Origin: an uncultured beta proteobacterium
Lineage (GTDB): Bacteria; Pseudomonadota; Gammaproteobacteria; Burkholderiales; Usitatibacteraceae
Direction: 5' to 3'
Length of the DNA: 64,000 nt
Assembly: GCA_963786635.1 (NCBI GenBank)
Contig: CAWAZV010000008.1
Coordinates: 234,051 to 298,050, forward strand
Below, piece by piece: positions 38,361-50,271 of the stretch. How positions within the stretch are numbered: the first letter of the stretch is position 1; each line of letters begins with the position of its first letter. The position numbers and the translations under genes are program-made. The notes under the pieces are model-generated. The model was given only the letters and a program-made list of their open reading frames with translations, made no database searches and was not told where the DNA came from.

Positions 38361-41094
38361 ATGCTGCAGAAACTGCTCCTGGCCGGTGTCGAACGCCGCT
38401 ACGCCCTGGTCCTGTGCCTGCTGGCGCTCACCGTGCTGGCGGCATTGGGCGTGCCCAAGGTACGGATCGACACCGGCTTCGACCGGTTGATCCTGGAGAA
38501 GAGCGCCGACCGGCAGACCTACCAGCGGGTGACGCGCGAGTTCGGCTCGGACAACCAGACGATCGTCTACGTGCGCGACGCCGCGCTGTGGACGCCCGAG
38601 AAGCTGGCGGTGCTCGAGCGCCTGCACCGCACGCTCGGGGCGCTGCCTGCGGTGGAGCGCATCGACGACCTCTATACGCAGCGCAGCCTGCGCAGTATCG
38701 ACGGCAGGGTGGCCGCCGGCCCGCTGCTCTCCGGCGTGCCGGCGGACGCCGAGGCGGCTGCGAGCGCCCGCCGCAATGCGCTTGCCGATCCGCTGGCACT
38801 GCGCAACCTGATCTCGGCCGACGGCAACGCGGTAGCGCTGACGGTCTCGCTGCGCGAGCGCGCCGACACCGAGGCGGACCGCACCGCCTACTACGCCATC
38901 GAACAGGCGCTTGCGCCAGCGCGTGACACGTTCGCCGAAGTGTTCCAGGTCGGACCGCCGCGCATCGGCGTCGAACTCGAGCGCAGCCTGCTGCACGACC
39001 TGAAGGTGCTGCTGCCGGTGTCCGCGGTGCTGCTGGTCCTTGCCGTGCTCGCGATCTCCCGCAGCCTGTTTGCGGCACTGGTGCCGCTGGCGACCGCCGG
39101 GTTGAGCCTGCTGTGGACGCTGGGAATGCTCGGTCATGCCGGCATTCCGCTCGGCATCCTGAGCGCGATCCTGCCCTCGCTGGTGGTGGCGATCGGTGCG
39201 ACCGGGAGCCTGTACTTGATGGAAGGCTACTTCAAGGGGCTCGCCGCTTCGGCAGACGGGGGGCGCGCCGCCGCCACCCGGTACCTGGTGACGCATCTCG
39301 GCGCGTCGGCAATCCTCACGGTGGCCACTACCGCAATCGGCTTCGCAGCCAACGCCTTCATCGGCATCGCGCTGATCCGGGACTTCGTGGCCGCCGCCAC
39401 GTTCGCCATCCTGGCCAATGGCGCCGTCACGCTGCTGCTGGTGCCGCTGCTGCTGGCGCTCGCCGGGCCGCGGCGCATGCCGCGCTGCGCAAGGCGCCGA
39501 CGAGGCAAATCCGGTGGCCGGCATCGCCTTGCAGGCGCTCGGCCTGATGCGCGGGCGCCTGGTCTTCTACGTGCTCGCACTTGCGGCGGCGCTGGTCGTG
39601 GCGTTCATCTACCAGGTGGAGCGGTTCCACGTGACGAACGATCCGCTGACCTACTTTCACGCCGATCGCGCGCTGGCGCTCGACGCGAGGCGCGTCCAGC
39701 ACGACCTGGCCGGGGTGAAGGTGTTCTACATCACGCTCGAGTCCGGCAACGAGCGCGCATTCCAGGACCCGCCAAACCTGCAGAAGCTCGTGGATATCCA
39801 GGCCTTCGTCGCCAAGCAGGGCGTCTTCGATCGCAGCCTGTCGCTTGCGGACAAGCTCTCGCTCGTGAACCGCGAGCTGAACGACGGCCGTCCCGAGGCC
39901 TACCGTGTGCCGGCGACGCGCAAGCTGGTGGCGCAAAGCCTGCTGTTCTTCCAGCGGCGCGACCTCGAGCCGTACGTCAGCCAGGATTTCCGGCGCGCGA
40001 ACATCGTGGTGCGCCACGACGTCAAGGACTCGACCACGCTGAACAACCATGTCGAGGAACTGCGCCAGGTCGTGCGCCACATCGCGGGGCCCGACATGGC
40101 CGGCGCGGTGACGGGGGAGAACCTGATGGTCAATGCCGCGGCCGATCGCCTGCTCAGGGGCCAGGTCGAGGCGATCTCGATCCTGGTGACGGCGATCTTC
40201 CTCGCGATGTCGCTGATGTTCACCTCGTTCAAGGGCGGGCTGATCGCGCTGGTGCCGAGCATCCTGCCGATCGCGCTGATGTTCTTCTCGATGGTGCTGC
40301 TGGACATCCCGTTGAACGCCGGCACCGTGATGGTGGCGACCATCGCCATCGGCATCGCGATCGACGGCACCATCCGCCTGTTCCTGCGCTACAACGCGCG
40401 GTGCCGCAGGACCTCGAACAACGACGCGGCGATGCTCGAGACCGTAAGGGAGGAGGCCAGGCCGGTGGTCGCGGCGAGCCTCGCGCTGGCGATCGGCTTC
40501 GGCGTGCTGCTGCTGTCGGACCTCACGATCGTGGCGCAGTTCGGCGCACTTGCGGCCTGCACCATCCTGTTTTCGACATTCACCAACCTGCTGGTCACGC
40601 CGATGGTGATGTCGCGCATCCGGCTGGTCGGCCTGTACCAGATCCTCGCCATGTCGGTGCAGCGCCAGGTACTCGACGACAGCCCGCTGTTCCAGGGCAT
40701 GACGTCATACCAGGTGCGCAAGGCGATCCTGATCTCGGAGTTGCACGAGGTCGCCGCGGGGACGCGGCTCATCGAGCAGGGCACGATGGGCAGCAGCATG
40801 TACCTGGTGGTGAGCGGCGAGCTGGAGGTGGTGCGCCGCGACGACGCAAGCGAGCACAGGCTGGCGCTGCTCAAGCCCGGGGACGTGCTCGGCGAGATCG
40901 GGTTCATCCGCGCCACGCGCCGCACCGCCGACGTGCGCGCGCTGGGACCGGTTTCGGTCCTGCGCTTCGACCGCGACAAGCTCGCGAACGACCTGCGCTT
41001 CTTCCCCAGGATCGTCGCCAAGCTCAACTTCAACATCAGCTGCATTCTTGGCCAGCGGCTCGCCGAACTGGTCGAATCCGGCGCGCCCGAGTAG
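38361..41094 (+). CDS. MMPL/RND-superfamily exporter (two 6-TM bundles) fused to a C-terminal cyclic-nucleotide-binding domain; one frame correction near 39480
   Basis: The first half is ORF 38361..41336 up to LLLALAGP. The second half is ORF 39418..41094. The last ~150 aa read SPLFQGMTSYQVRKAILISELHEVAAGTRLIEQGTMGSSMYLVVSGELEVV...PGDVLGEIGFIRATRRTADVRA, a CAP_ED fold with a GE...RTA cassette. Length is 2734 nt. Confidence 0.75.
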
Positions 41095-41098
41095 CCGG

Positions 41099-41902
41099 TC
41101 AGCAACCCCGGGGGCCGGGAAACCTGGCTTCACGAAGGAGCTCCGCGAGAACCGCGCCGTACTCGGCGCAGGCGGCGACCTCCTCGGGTTCGACGTGCGC
41201 GGTCGGCCAGGTCAGCGCGAGTCCCCGCGCATCCCACAGGAATGCCGCCCGGCCGTGGTGCCCCTCGAGCAGCCAGTCGCGGACCGACGGCGAGAGACGC
41301 TGGAGCAGCCCCTGCGGTTTGCCGAACGCCGTGTAGGCGAGACCGAAGGCATCGGCAGGAAGCGGCAGGTGGTCTTCCGGCGTGATCGACAGGGAATCGG
41401 CGCGGTCATTGCCGAAATTGAGCCTGACATACGCCTGGCCCGCCGCCCAGGCCGCCTTGGCCACCAGCCCGCCGAGAAAGCCGCTGCCGCGATTGGCCTT
41501 GGCCGCCTGCGGGTGCACACCTTCGGGAAGCGCCATCAGCAACAGCTCACCGCCGCCAGTTCCGGCCTCGGGTGCGGTCCACCGGGTGTAGCGAGTCGAG
41601 CCATTGCGACGGGTGGCAAGTCCGTCGCCAACCTCCGACGTGAGCATCGTCACCTCGGCATGCCACGGCACGCCCCGCGTGGTGCCGCTGAAACGGTGCG
41701 TGCCGGGTATGACACCCTGATTGGTGTCAAGGCCGCCCGGCGCGGTGTAGGCCATGCCATGCTGCCGCGCCTCTTCCGTGTTGCGCGCGACAAGCGCCTC
41801 ACGACGCCCGCTCGCGCCGCGCCGCAGGAGATAGCCGCCGAAAAGCGCGAACAGGACCAGGGGCCAGTATTCGCGCAGCAACACCATCAGCGTGTACTCC
41901 AT
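41099..41902 (-). CDS. hypothetical membrane-anchored protein (267 aa), no recognisable domain
   Basis: An intact ORF with an N-terminal TM (WPLVLFALFGGYLL). It follows the OmpA-like gene on the same strand. I do not recognise the family. Confidence 0.45.
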   Translation of the reverse strand: MEYTLMVLLREYWPLVLFALFGGYLLRRGASGRREALVARNTEEARQHGMAYTAPGGLDTNQGVIPGTHRFSGTTRGVPWHAEVTMLTSEVGDGLATRRNGSTRYTRWTAPEAGTGGGELLLMALPEGVHPQAAKANRGSGFLGGLVAKAAWAAGQAYVRLNFGNDRADSLSITPEDHLPLPADAFGLAYTAFGKPQGLLQRLSPSVRDWLLEGHHGRAAFLWDARGLALTWPTAHVEPEEVAACAEYGAVLAELLREARFPGPRGC

Positions 41903-41950
41903 CGCCTCACTCCCTTCCCGCCCCGGCCGGCAAGCGCCACCGGCAGGGCA

Positions 41951-42854
41951 TCAACGAAGCACCATCTCCACGCGCCGATTCTTCGCGCGCCCGGCCTCGT
42001 CCGCATTGCTGGCTACCGGCGCGAACGGCCCCACGCCCTCGGCGACCGAGGCGATCCTTCGCAATGCCGTGCTGGCCCGGCAGCGCCGCCACGACACTCG
42101 CCGCGCGATCGCGCGAGAGCTTCAGGTTGTGGTCGGCGGCGCCCTGCATGTCGGTGTGGCCGATGATGTACACCTTGCTGCCTGCGTTCGCCTTCAGCCA
42201 CTTGGCCATCTCCGCCAGCGTCGGGCCGGACTCGGGCTTGATGGTGGCCTTGTCGGTGTCGAAGTAGATGCCGTAGAAGACGACCTTGCCGCCCGTGCCG
42301 ATGTCCTTGGCGATCTGGTCGGCCGACAGCACGATCGTCTGCTCCATCGCCTTGACGCGCACGATCTTGTGCATGATGGCGCTGCACACCTTGCTGTCGC
42401 CGCGCCCGCAGCCGACGCTGCCCCAGTACTCGGCGCCGCCCTTCTCGATCCGGTAGTGGATGGACTTGCCGTTCGACGGCGTGGAGAGCACGGTGCCGCC
42501 GCCCTTCTGGAGGGCCGCCAGGAAGTTGCGCTGCAGTTCGAGAGGGGAGGGGTGCGACCCGGAAGCATCCCTGTCGATTTCGTCGAAGTAGTACCAGTAC
42601 TCCCCCTCCTTCTTGACCGTCGCGAAGTTGCTATCGAGCTTCGCGGGGTCCCTGGCCGCCTCGAGTTCCAGCTCCAGGAAGCGCGAGCGCTCGCAGCCGG
42701 AAAGGAAGGCGCCGGGAAACCTCTCGAACACCGGGTTGGGCTGGCACTTCGCGTTGTCCTTCGACTTCGCCTTTTGCGCGGCGGCATCGGTGGCGGCGAA
42801 CGCGAACAGCGCCGCGAAGGCGCCGGCAAGCACGAGTCGGACAGGGGCTTTCAT
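41951..42854 (-). CDS. OmpA-family (peptidoglycan-binding) protein with an unassigned N-terminal domain; one frame correction near 42048
   Basis: It has a signal peptide, then a Cys-containing N-domain, then FDTDKATIKPESGPTLAEMAKWLKANAGSKVYIIGHTDMQGAADHNLKLSRDRAASV. The corrected tail is VAEGVGPFAPVASNADEAGRAKNRRVEMVLR followed by the stop. Length is 904 nt. Confidence 0.75.
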
Positions 42855-42907
42855 GAAAATCCTTTCTTCTGGTTGTTGTTACCCGCATCCGGCCGGGCGG
42901 CGCTTCC

Positions 42908-43150
42908 TCAAGTGTTGGCGGAAAGCCGCGCCTCCAGCGCGGCGACTTTCGCTTCCAGCTCGGCCACGCGGATCCGGGCGCGGGCGAGGACTTCCGACTG
43001 CACGTCGAATTCCTCGCGCGTGACCAGATCGAGGCGCGCGAACGCGGTGGTGAGGACGGCACGGGCGTTCTTTTCCAGTTCACGCGCCGGGTTGTTGGCG
43101 GCGGCTTCGGCGAGACGGGCGGCGATTTCGCCCAGCAGCTTTTCGTTCAT
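42908..43150 (-). CDS. ubiK: ubiquinone biosynthesis accessory factor UbiK (YqiC/BMFP family)
   Basis: The inner start MNEKLLGEIAARL is followed by ...LDLVTREEFDVQSEVLARARIRVAELEAKVAALEARL. This matches the E. coli UbiK core LDLVSREEFDVQ as I recall it. Confidence 0.7.
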   Translation of the reverse strand: MNEKLLGEIAARLAEAAANNPARELEKNARAVLTTAFARLDLVTREEFDVQSEVLARARIRVAELEAKVAALEARLSANT

Positions 43151-43193
43151 TGCAATTCCCCGGTTGCGTGATCCGTTGACCCACCGCATGTCC

Positions 43194-43239
43194 GCACCGA
43201 TTTGGTGCGCGACTGCACTCCCCTACACCAGCGTGGTGC
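43194..43239 (+). promoter_or_regulatory. two NtrC-type enhancer half-palindromes (GCACC-N5-GGTGC and ACACC-N5-GGTGC)
   Basis: The sites are at 43194-43208 and 43225-43239, about 31 bp centre to centre and 60-110 bp upstream of the sigma54 promoter. They match the TGCACC-N5-GGTGCA consensus. Confidence 0.5.
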
Positions 43240-43300
43240 GTCCCATCGAGGGGTCGGAAATAAATCCTTCACAAACAAAGCCTTGTGCACGACTCCGCGA

Positions 43301-43316
43301 TGGCACGCGTCCTGCT
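43301..43316 (+). promoter_or_regulatory. sigma54 (-24/-12) promoter TGGCACgcgtcCTGCT
   Basis: It has exact GG-N10-GC spacing and TGGCAC at -24. It lies about 50 nt upstream of the porin ATG that heads the porin-glnK-amtB run. Confidence 0.6.
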
Positions 43317-43366
43317 AGTTGTTGCACTGCGCAATTATTTTCAACCCTGACCTCAAGGATACCGCT

Positions 43367-44564
<1,198 letters not shown>

Positions 44565-44583
44565 GACACAAGGGGAACCATCC

Positions 44584-46122
<1,539 letters not shown>

Positions 46123-46145
46123 GTTTCCAAGAGAGGCCGAAATTC

Positions 46146-46172
46146 ACGGGCACTTCGGTGCCCGTTTTTTTT
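46146..46172 (+). terminator. rho-independent terminator of amtB
   Basis: ACGGGCAC-ttcg-GTGCCCGT stem-loop followed by T8, 24 nt after the amtB stop. Confidence 0.85.
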
Positions 46173-46174
46173 GC

Positions 46175-46242
46175 CGTGAAAATCAGGGACAGTCCCCAAT
46201 TTCTGGAAATTCGGAAATTGGGGACTGTCCCTAATTTTCACG
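46175..46242. repeat. 29-bp-arm inverted repeat built from two GGGACNGTCCC-containing units (one C/A mismatch, 10-nt loop)
   Basis: The arms are CGTGAAAATCAGGGACAGTCCCCAATTTC and GAAATTGGGGACTGTCCCTAATTTTCACG. It lies between the amtB terminator and hemC. The right-hand unit recurs exactly (22 nt) at 29624-29645. Confidence 0.8.
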
Positions 46243-46287
46243 TGGTAGGATTTCCGCGCCTTTCACCTCCACGCCGATTCGACCCCC

Positions 46288-47223
46288 TTGCCTCCCCAAC
46301 GCCTCCGCATCGCCACGCGCGAGAGCCGCCTCGCGATGTGGCAGACCGAGCACGTCGCCGCGCGCCTCACCGAGCGCTACCCCTGGATCGCCGTCGAGAT
46401 CGTCGGCATGACGACCAAGGGCGACCGCATCCTCGACCGCCCGCTGGCGCAGGTCGGCGGCAAGGGCCTCTTCATCAAGGAACTCGAGGTCGCGCTGGCC
46501 GACAACCTGGCCGACATCGCGGTGCACTCGATGAAGGACGTGCCGATGGATCTCCCGGAGGGTTTCGCGATGCTGCCCTTCGGTCCGCGCGAGGACGCAC
46601 GGGATGCGTTCGTCTCCATCCGCCACGCCTCGCTCGCGGCACTCCCGCCGGGCGCGGTGGTGGGGACCTCGAGCCTGCGGCGCGAATGCCAGCTGCGGCG
46701 CGCCTATCCCACGCTGGTGATCAAGCCCCTGCGCGGCAACGTGAATACGCGCCTGGCCAAGCTGGAAGCTGGCGACTACGACGCGATCATCCTTGCCGCG
46801 GCGGGCCTCAAGCGCCTCGGTTTCGGCGAACGCATCCGCGAGCTGCTGCCCATGTCGCTGGCCCTCCCGGCCATCGGGCAGGGCGTGCTCGCGATCGAGT
46901 TCCTTGCCGCGCGCACCGACCTCGCCGAACTCCTCTCGCCATTCGTCGATCCCGCCGCGCATGCCGCGGCCGAGGCCGAACGGGCGCTGGGCCTGGTGGT
47001 GGAGGGCAGCTGCGAGGTGCCCCTGGGGGCACACGCGAGCATCGCGGGCGATTCCCTCACCCTCGAAGGCTTCCTGGGGCTTCCGGACGGGACGCGGCTC
47101 GTGCGCGAGCAGGTCCAGGGGTCCGCAACGGAGGCGCGCGCGCTCGGGCAGGCGCTGGGAGAGCGCATTCTTGCCCGGGGCGGGCGCGAAGTGCTCGACC
47201 TCCTCGCCCTGCCGCGGCAGTGA
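46288..47223 (+). CDS. hemC: porphobilinogen deaminase (hydroxymethylbilane synthase)
   Basis: The 311-aa ORF has a TTG start in the track. It contains LRIATRESRLAMWQTEHV, KGDRILDRPLAQVGGKGLFIKELE and GNVNTRLAKL. Confidence 0.9.
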   Translation: MPPQRLRIATRESRLAMWQTEHVAARLTERYPWIAVEIVGMTTKGDRILDRPLAQVGGKGLFIKELEVALADNLADIAVHSMKDVPMDLPEGFAMLPFGPREDARDAFVSIRHASLAALPPGAVVGTSSLRRECQLRRAYPTLVIKPLRGNVNTRLAKLEAGDYDAIILAAAGLKRLGFGERIRELLPMSLALPAIGQGVLAIEFLAARTDLAELLSPFVDPAAHAAAEAERALGLVVEGSCEVPLGAHASIAGDSLTLEGFLGLPDGTRLVREQVQGSATEARALGQALGERILARGGREVLDLLALPRQ

Positions 47224-47988
47224 ACGCGGCTGGCCCCCTGGCGGGACTCGGCATCGTCCTCACGCGCCCGCGCGCGCAGTGCGAGGCCCTCGCCGCCGCG
47301 CTGGAGGCGCAAGGCGCGCGCGTCATCGTGTTCCCGGCGCTCGACATCGTGCCCGTCGAACTGTCGGCAGCCAGCCGCGAAGCTCTCGCCACGTTGGGCT
47401 CGGCGGCGCTCGCCATCTTCGTGAGCGCCAATGCCGCCGAGCATGGCGTCGCGGCGGCACGCCAGCGCCGGGCCGTGGCCCTCCGGCACTCCCGTGGCCG
47501 GCATCGGCGAGGCCACCGCGGCCCGGCTTCGCGCGGCCGGCTTTGCGCACGTGATCGCGCCCGCCACCGGATTCGACAGCGAATCGTTGCTCGCCTGCCG
47601 GGAGCTCCAGGACGTGGCCGGACGCCGCGTCGTCATCTTCCGCGGCGTGGGCGGACGCGAGCACCTGCGCACCACGCTCGAGGGGCGCGGGGCGACGGTG
47701 GCCTACGTGGAGTGCTACCGCCGCGAGCGGCCGGCCTCCGATCCCGGCGAACTCCTGGCGGCAGCCGCGCAAGGAAATATCGCTGCCGTCCATGCAATGA
47801 GCGCCGAAACGGTGGACAATTTCCTGGCTCTCGCCGGCACGGCGTCGTGGTCGTCCGTGGCGCTGGTGGTGCCGCACCCGGCCATCGCGCGCCACCCGAG
47901 CGCGGCCGCGTTCGGCAAGGTGGTGGTCGCCGGACCCGGCACGGCGAGTCTCGTCGAGGCGCTTGCACAATTGCGAAAGGATTCATGA
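47220..47988 (+). CDS. hemD: uroporphyrinogen-III synthase; one frame correction near 47460
   Basis: The GTG overlaps the hemC stop (GTGA). The N-terminus LAGLGIVLTRPRAQCEALAAALEAQGARVIVFPALDI is in the frame of ORF 46158..49046. The remainder is ORF 47431..47988. Length is 769 nt. Confidence 0.75.
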
Positions 47989-49046
47989 GTTCCCCGCTTC
48001 CCGAACCGCCACCCTTCCGCTCGCGCGCGCGGCGCGCGAGCGGCTCCGGCGGCGCCGATTCCGTGGCGCGCTGGGCCGTGGCGCTCGCCATCGCGGTGGC
48101 CGCCGTCGCCGTCGGCCTCGCCTGGAACGCGCACCAGTCCTTCTCCTCGCTGTCGCAATCCGCCGGCGGCCGGCTCGCCGACCTCGGGGCGGAACTGGCG
48201 CAGTCGAAGACCGCGCTCGCGCAGGCGCAGACCGGCCTGCGCGAGGCGCTCGCGCGCATCGCCGAGCTCGAGTCGCGCGTCACCGACGCGCAGGAAAGCC
48301 GCGTGGCCGTCGAGGAGATGTATCGCGAGCTCTCGCGGAGCGCCGACGACCGCACGCTCGCCGAGGTGGAGCAGCTCCTGATCCTCGCCAGCCAGCAGCT
48401 GCAGCTCGCCGGCAACGTGCGCGGCGCGTTGATCGCGCTGCAGGCCGCGGACCAGCGGCTCGCGCGGGCCGACAAGCTGCAGGTGGCCAACCTGCGCCGC
48501 GCCCTCAATGCCGACATGGACCGCCTGAAGGCCCTGCCCCTGGTGGACACCGTCGGCATCGCGGTCAAGCTCGATGCCCTCGTGCAGCAGGTGGACACGT
48601 TGCCCCTCATCGTCTCCGAGACGCTGCCCGCGGCGCGGACCGCCGCGAAGGCGAAGCCGGCCGCGGAAGCCGAGCCGGGCTGGCTGCGCGCCCTGCGCAA
48701 CCTCTGGGAGGAGTTGAAGGGACTCGTGCGCATCCGCGAGATCGCCCCGTCGGAGGCTGCCCTCCTCGCGCCGGCGCAGAGCTTTTTCCTGCGCGAGAAC
48801 CTGAAGCTGCGCCTGCTGGCCGCACGCGTGGCGCTGCTCGCCCGCGACGAGCGCTCCTTCCGCGACGATATCCGCGCCTCGCAGGCCTGGATCGGCAAGT
48901 ATTTCGACGCCAAGGCGCGCGTGAACGTGAACGCGCTGGCCACCCTGAAGCTGCTCGCCGAGAGCCCGGTGTCGATCAGCCCGCCCGACATCAACGCGAG
49001 CCTCGCCGCGGCAAGGTCCGCGCGCGCGGCGCGCGAGAAGCGCTAG
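47985..49046 (+). CDS. hemX: HemX-family membrane protein (uroporphyrinogen-III C-methyltransferase-like)
   Basis: The ATG overlaps the hemD stop (ATGA). It has an N-terminal TM, then a long coiled-coil and a HemX-like C-terminus, in hemC-hemD-hemX-hemY order. Confidence 0.8.
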   Translation: MSSPLPEPPPFRSRARRASGSGGADSVARWAVALAIAVAAVAVGLAWNAHQSFSSLSQSAGGRLADLGAELAQSKTALAQAQTGLREALARIAELESRVTDAQESRVAVEEMYRELSRSADDRTLAEVEQLLILASQQLQLAGNVRGALIALQAADQRLARADKLQVANLRRALNADMDRLKALPLVDTVGIAVKLDALVQQVDTLPLIVSETLPAARTAAKAKPAAEAEPGWLRALRNLWEELKGLVRIREIAPSEAALLAPAQSFFLRENLKLRLLAARVALLARDERSFRDDIRASQAWIGKYFDAKARVNVNALATLKLLAESPVSISPPDINASLAAARSARAAREKR

Positions 49047-49053
49047 GCCGGCG

Positions 49054-50226
49054 ATGCGCTTCGCGATCTGGTCCGTCGTCCTCGCCGCCGTCGCGGTGGG
49101 CATCGCGCTCATCGCGCGGCAATCGGACGGCTACGTGGTGATCGTGGCCGCGCCGTACCGGATGGAGCTGTCGCTGAACCTCCTCGTCGTGCTGGTGTTC
49201 GCGGGCTACATCGCCTTCCACGTGGTGGCGCGCCTCGTCGCCACCCTCATCGCGATTCCGGCGCGCGTGCGCGCCTACCGCGCGGAGCGGTCCCGCTCGC
49301 GCACGCGCCTGGCGCTCAACGACGCGCTGCTCGCCTTCTTCCAGGGCCGCTTCGCCAGCGCCGAGAAGGCTGCGGCAACGGCGATGGAGGGCGAGGAGAG
49401 CAAGGCCGTCGCCGCGATCATCGCCGCGCGCAGCGCGCACGAGCTGGGCCGGTTCGCCGAGCGCGAGCAGTTCCTCGACCAGGCGCGGGGCGCGGCCCCC
49501 GAAGTGGACCAGGCGCGCCTCACCACGCTGGCCGACCTGCTGCTCTCGCAGGGGCGCCACGAGGAGGCGCTCGCCGTCTTGAAGGACCTCGCCGGCCGCG
49601 ATGCGCGCAACATCCGGCTGCTGAGCATGCGGCTCACGGCGGAAACGGCGCTGCGGCGCTGGGACGAGATGCTCGCCACCACCGCCACGCTGGCGAAGCT
49701 GGGCGGGCTCTCGGAAGCGCAGGCCACCGCGTCGCGGCGCGCCGCGCACCTCGGCAACCTGAACCGCAAGGCGCAGGATGCCGCGGCACTCGCCGCCTAC
49801 TGGAAGCAGCTGCCGTCCGAGCTGCGCGTCGACGGCGCCATCGCGGCGACGGCGGCGCGCTACCACCTCGCGCTCGGCGGCACCGCGGAAGCGCAGGCGA
49901 TCGTCGAAGCCGCCCTCGAGGCGGCGTGGGATGCGGGACTCGTCGCGCTCTATGCGGATTGTGCCGGCACTTCCGCGTTGCCTCTCATCGAGCGCGCGGA
50001 GAAGTGGCTGCGCGCCCATGCGCGCGATCCCGCCCTGCTGCTGACACTCGGCAAGCTCTGCATGCACCGCGAGCTCTGGGGCAAGGCGCAGAGCTACATC
50101 GAGGCGAGCCTGGCACTCGAGCCCACGCACGAAGGGCACATGACGCTCGCCGCCCTCATGGAAAGGCTGGGCAAGCCGCACGAGGCCGACCGCCACTTCC
50201 GCCGCAGCGCCGAACTGGCCGGCTAG
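49054..50226 (+). CDS. hemY: HemY-family TPR membrane protein
   Basis: The 390-aa intact ORF has two N-terminal TM helices and a TPR-like C-terminus (LGKLCMHRELWGKAQSYIEASL). It occupies the conserved position after hemX. Confidence 0.85.
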   Translation: MRFAIWSVVLAAVAVGIALIARQSDGYVVIVAAPYRMELSLNLLVVLVFAGYIAFHVVARLVATLIAIPARVRAYRAERSRSRTRLALNDALLAFFQGRFASAEKAAATAMEGEESKAVAAIIAARSAHELGRFAEREQFLDQARGAAPEVDQARLTTLADLLLSQGRHEEALAVLKDLAGRDARNIRLLSMRLTAETALRRWDEMLATTATLAKLGGLSEAQATASRRAAHLGNLNRKAQDAAALAAYWKQLPSELRVDGAIAATAARYHLALGGTAEAQAIVEAALEAAWDAGLVALYADCAGTSALPLIERAEKWLRAHARDPALLLTLGKLCMHRELWGKAQSYIEASLALEPTHEGHMTLAALMERLGKPHEADRHFRRSAELAG

Positions 50227-50271
50227 CGCCGGCATCCAGCACTACCGCAATCGTCCAGGAAGGACCAAGGC

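Noticed and set aside
36591-39524. A 977-aa minus-strand ORF across pqiB/pqiC/LolA-like/MMPL. The same reasoning covers 54411..56801 (796 aa, antisense to accBC-prmA), 3006..5129 (707 aa) and 43223..44212.
   Set aside because: They are low-complexity Arg/Gly/Ala-rich translations antisense to clearly conserved genes, which is a typical GC-rich shadow ORF.
46158-49046. A 962-aa ORF spanning hemC to hemX, and the 780-aa ORF 29702..32044 spanning the cytochrome and comM.
   Set aside because: These are composite reading frames. Only sub-segments (hemD N-terminus and hemX; parts of comM) are meaningful, and the remainder is off-frame read-through of neighbouring genes.
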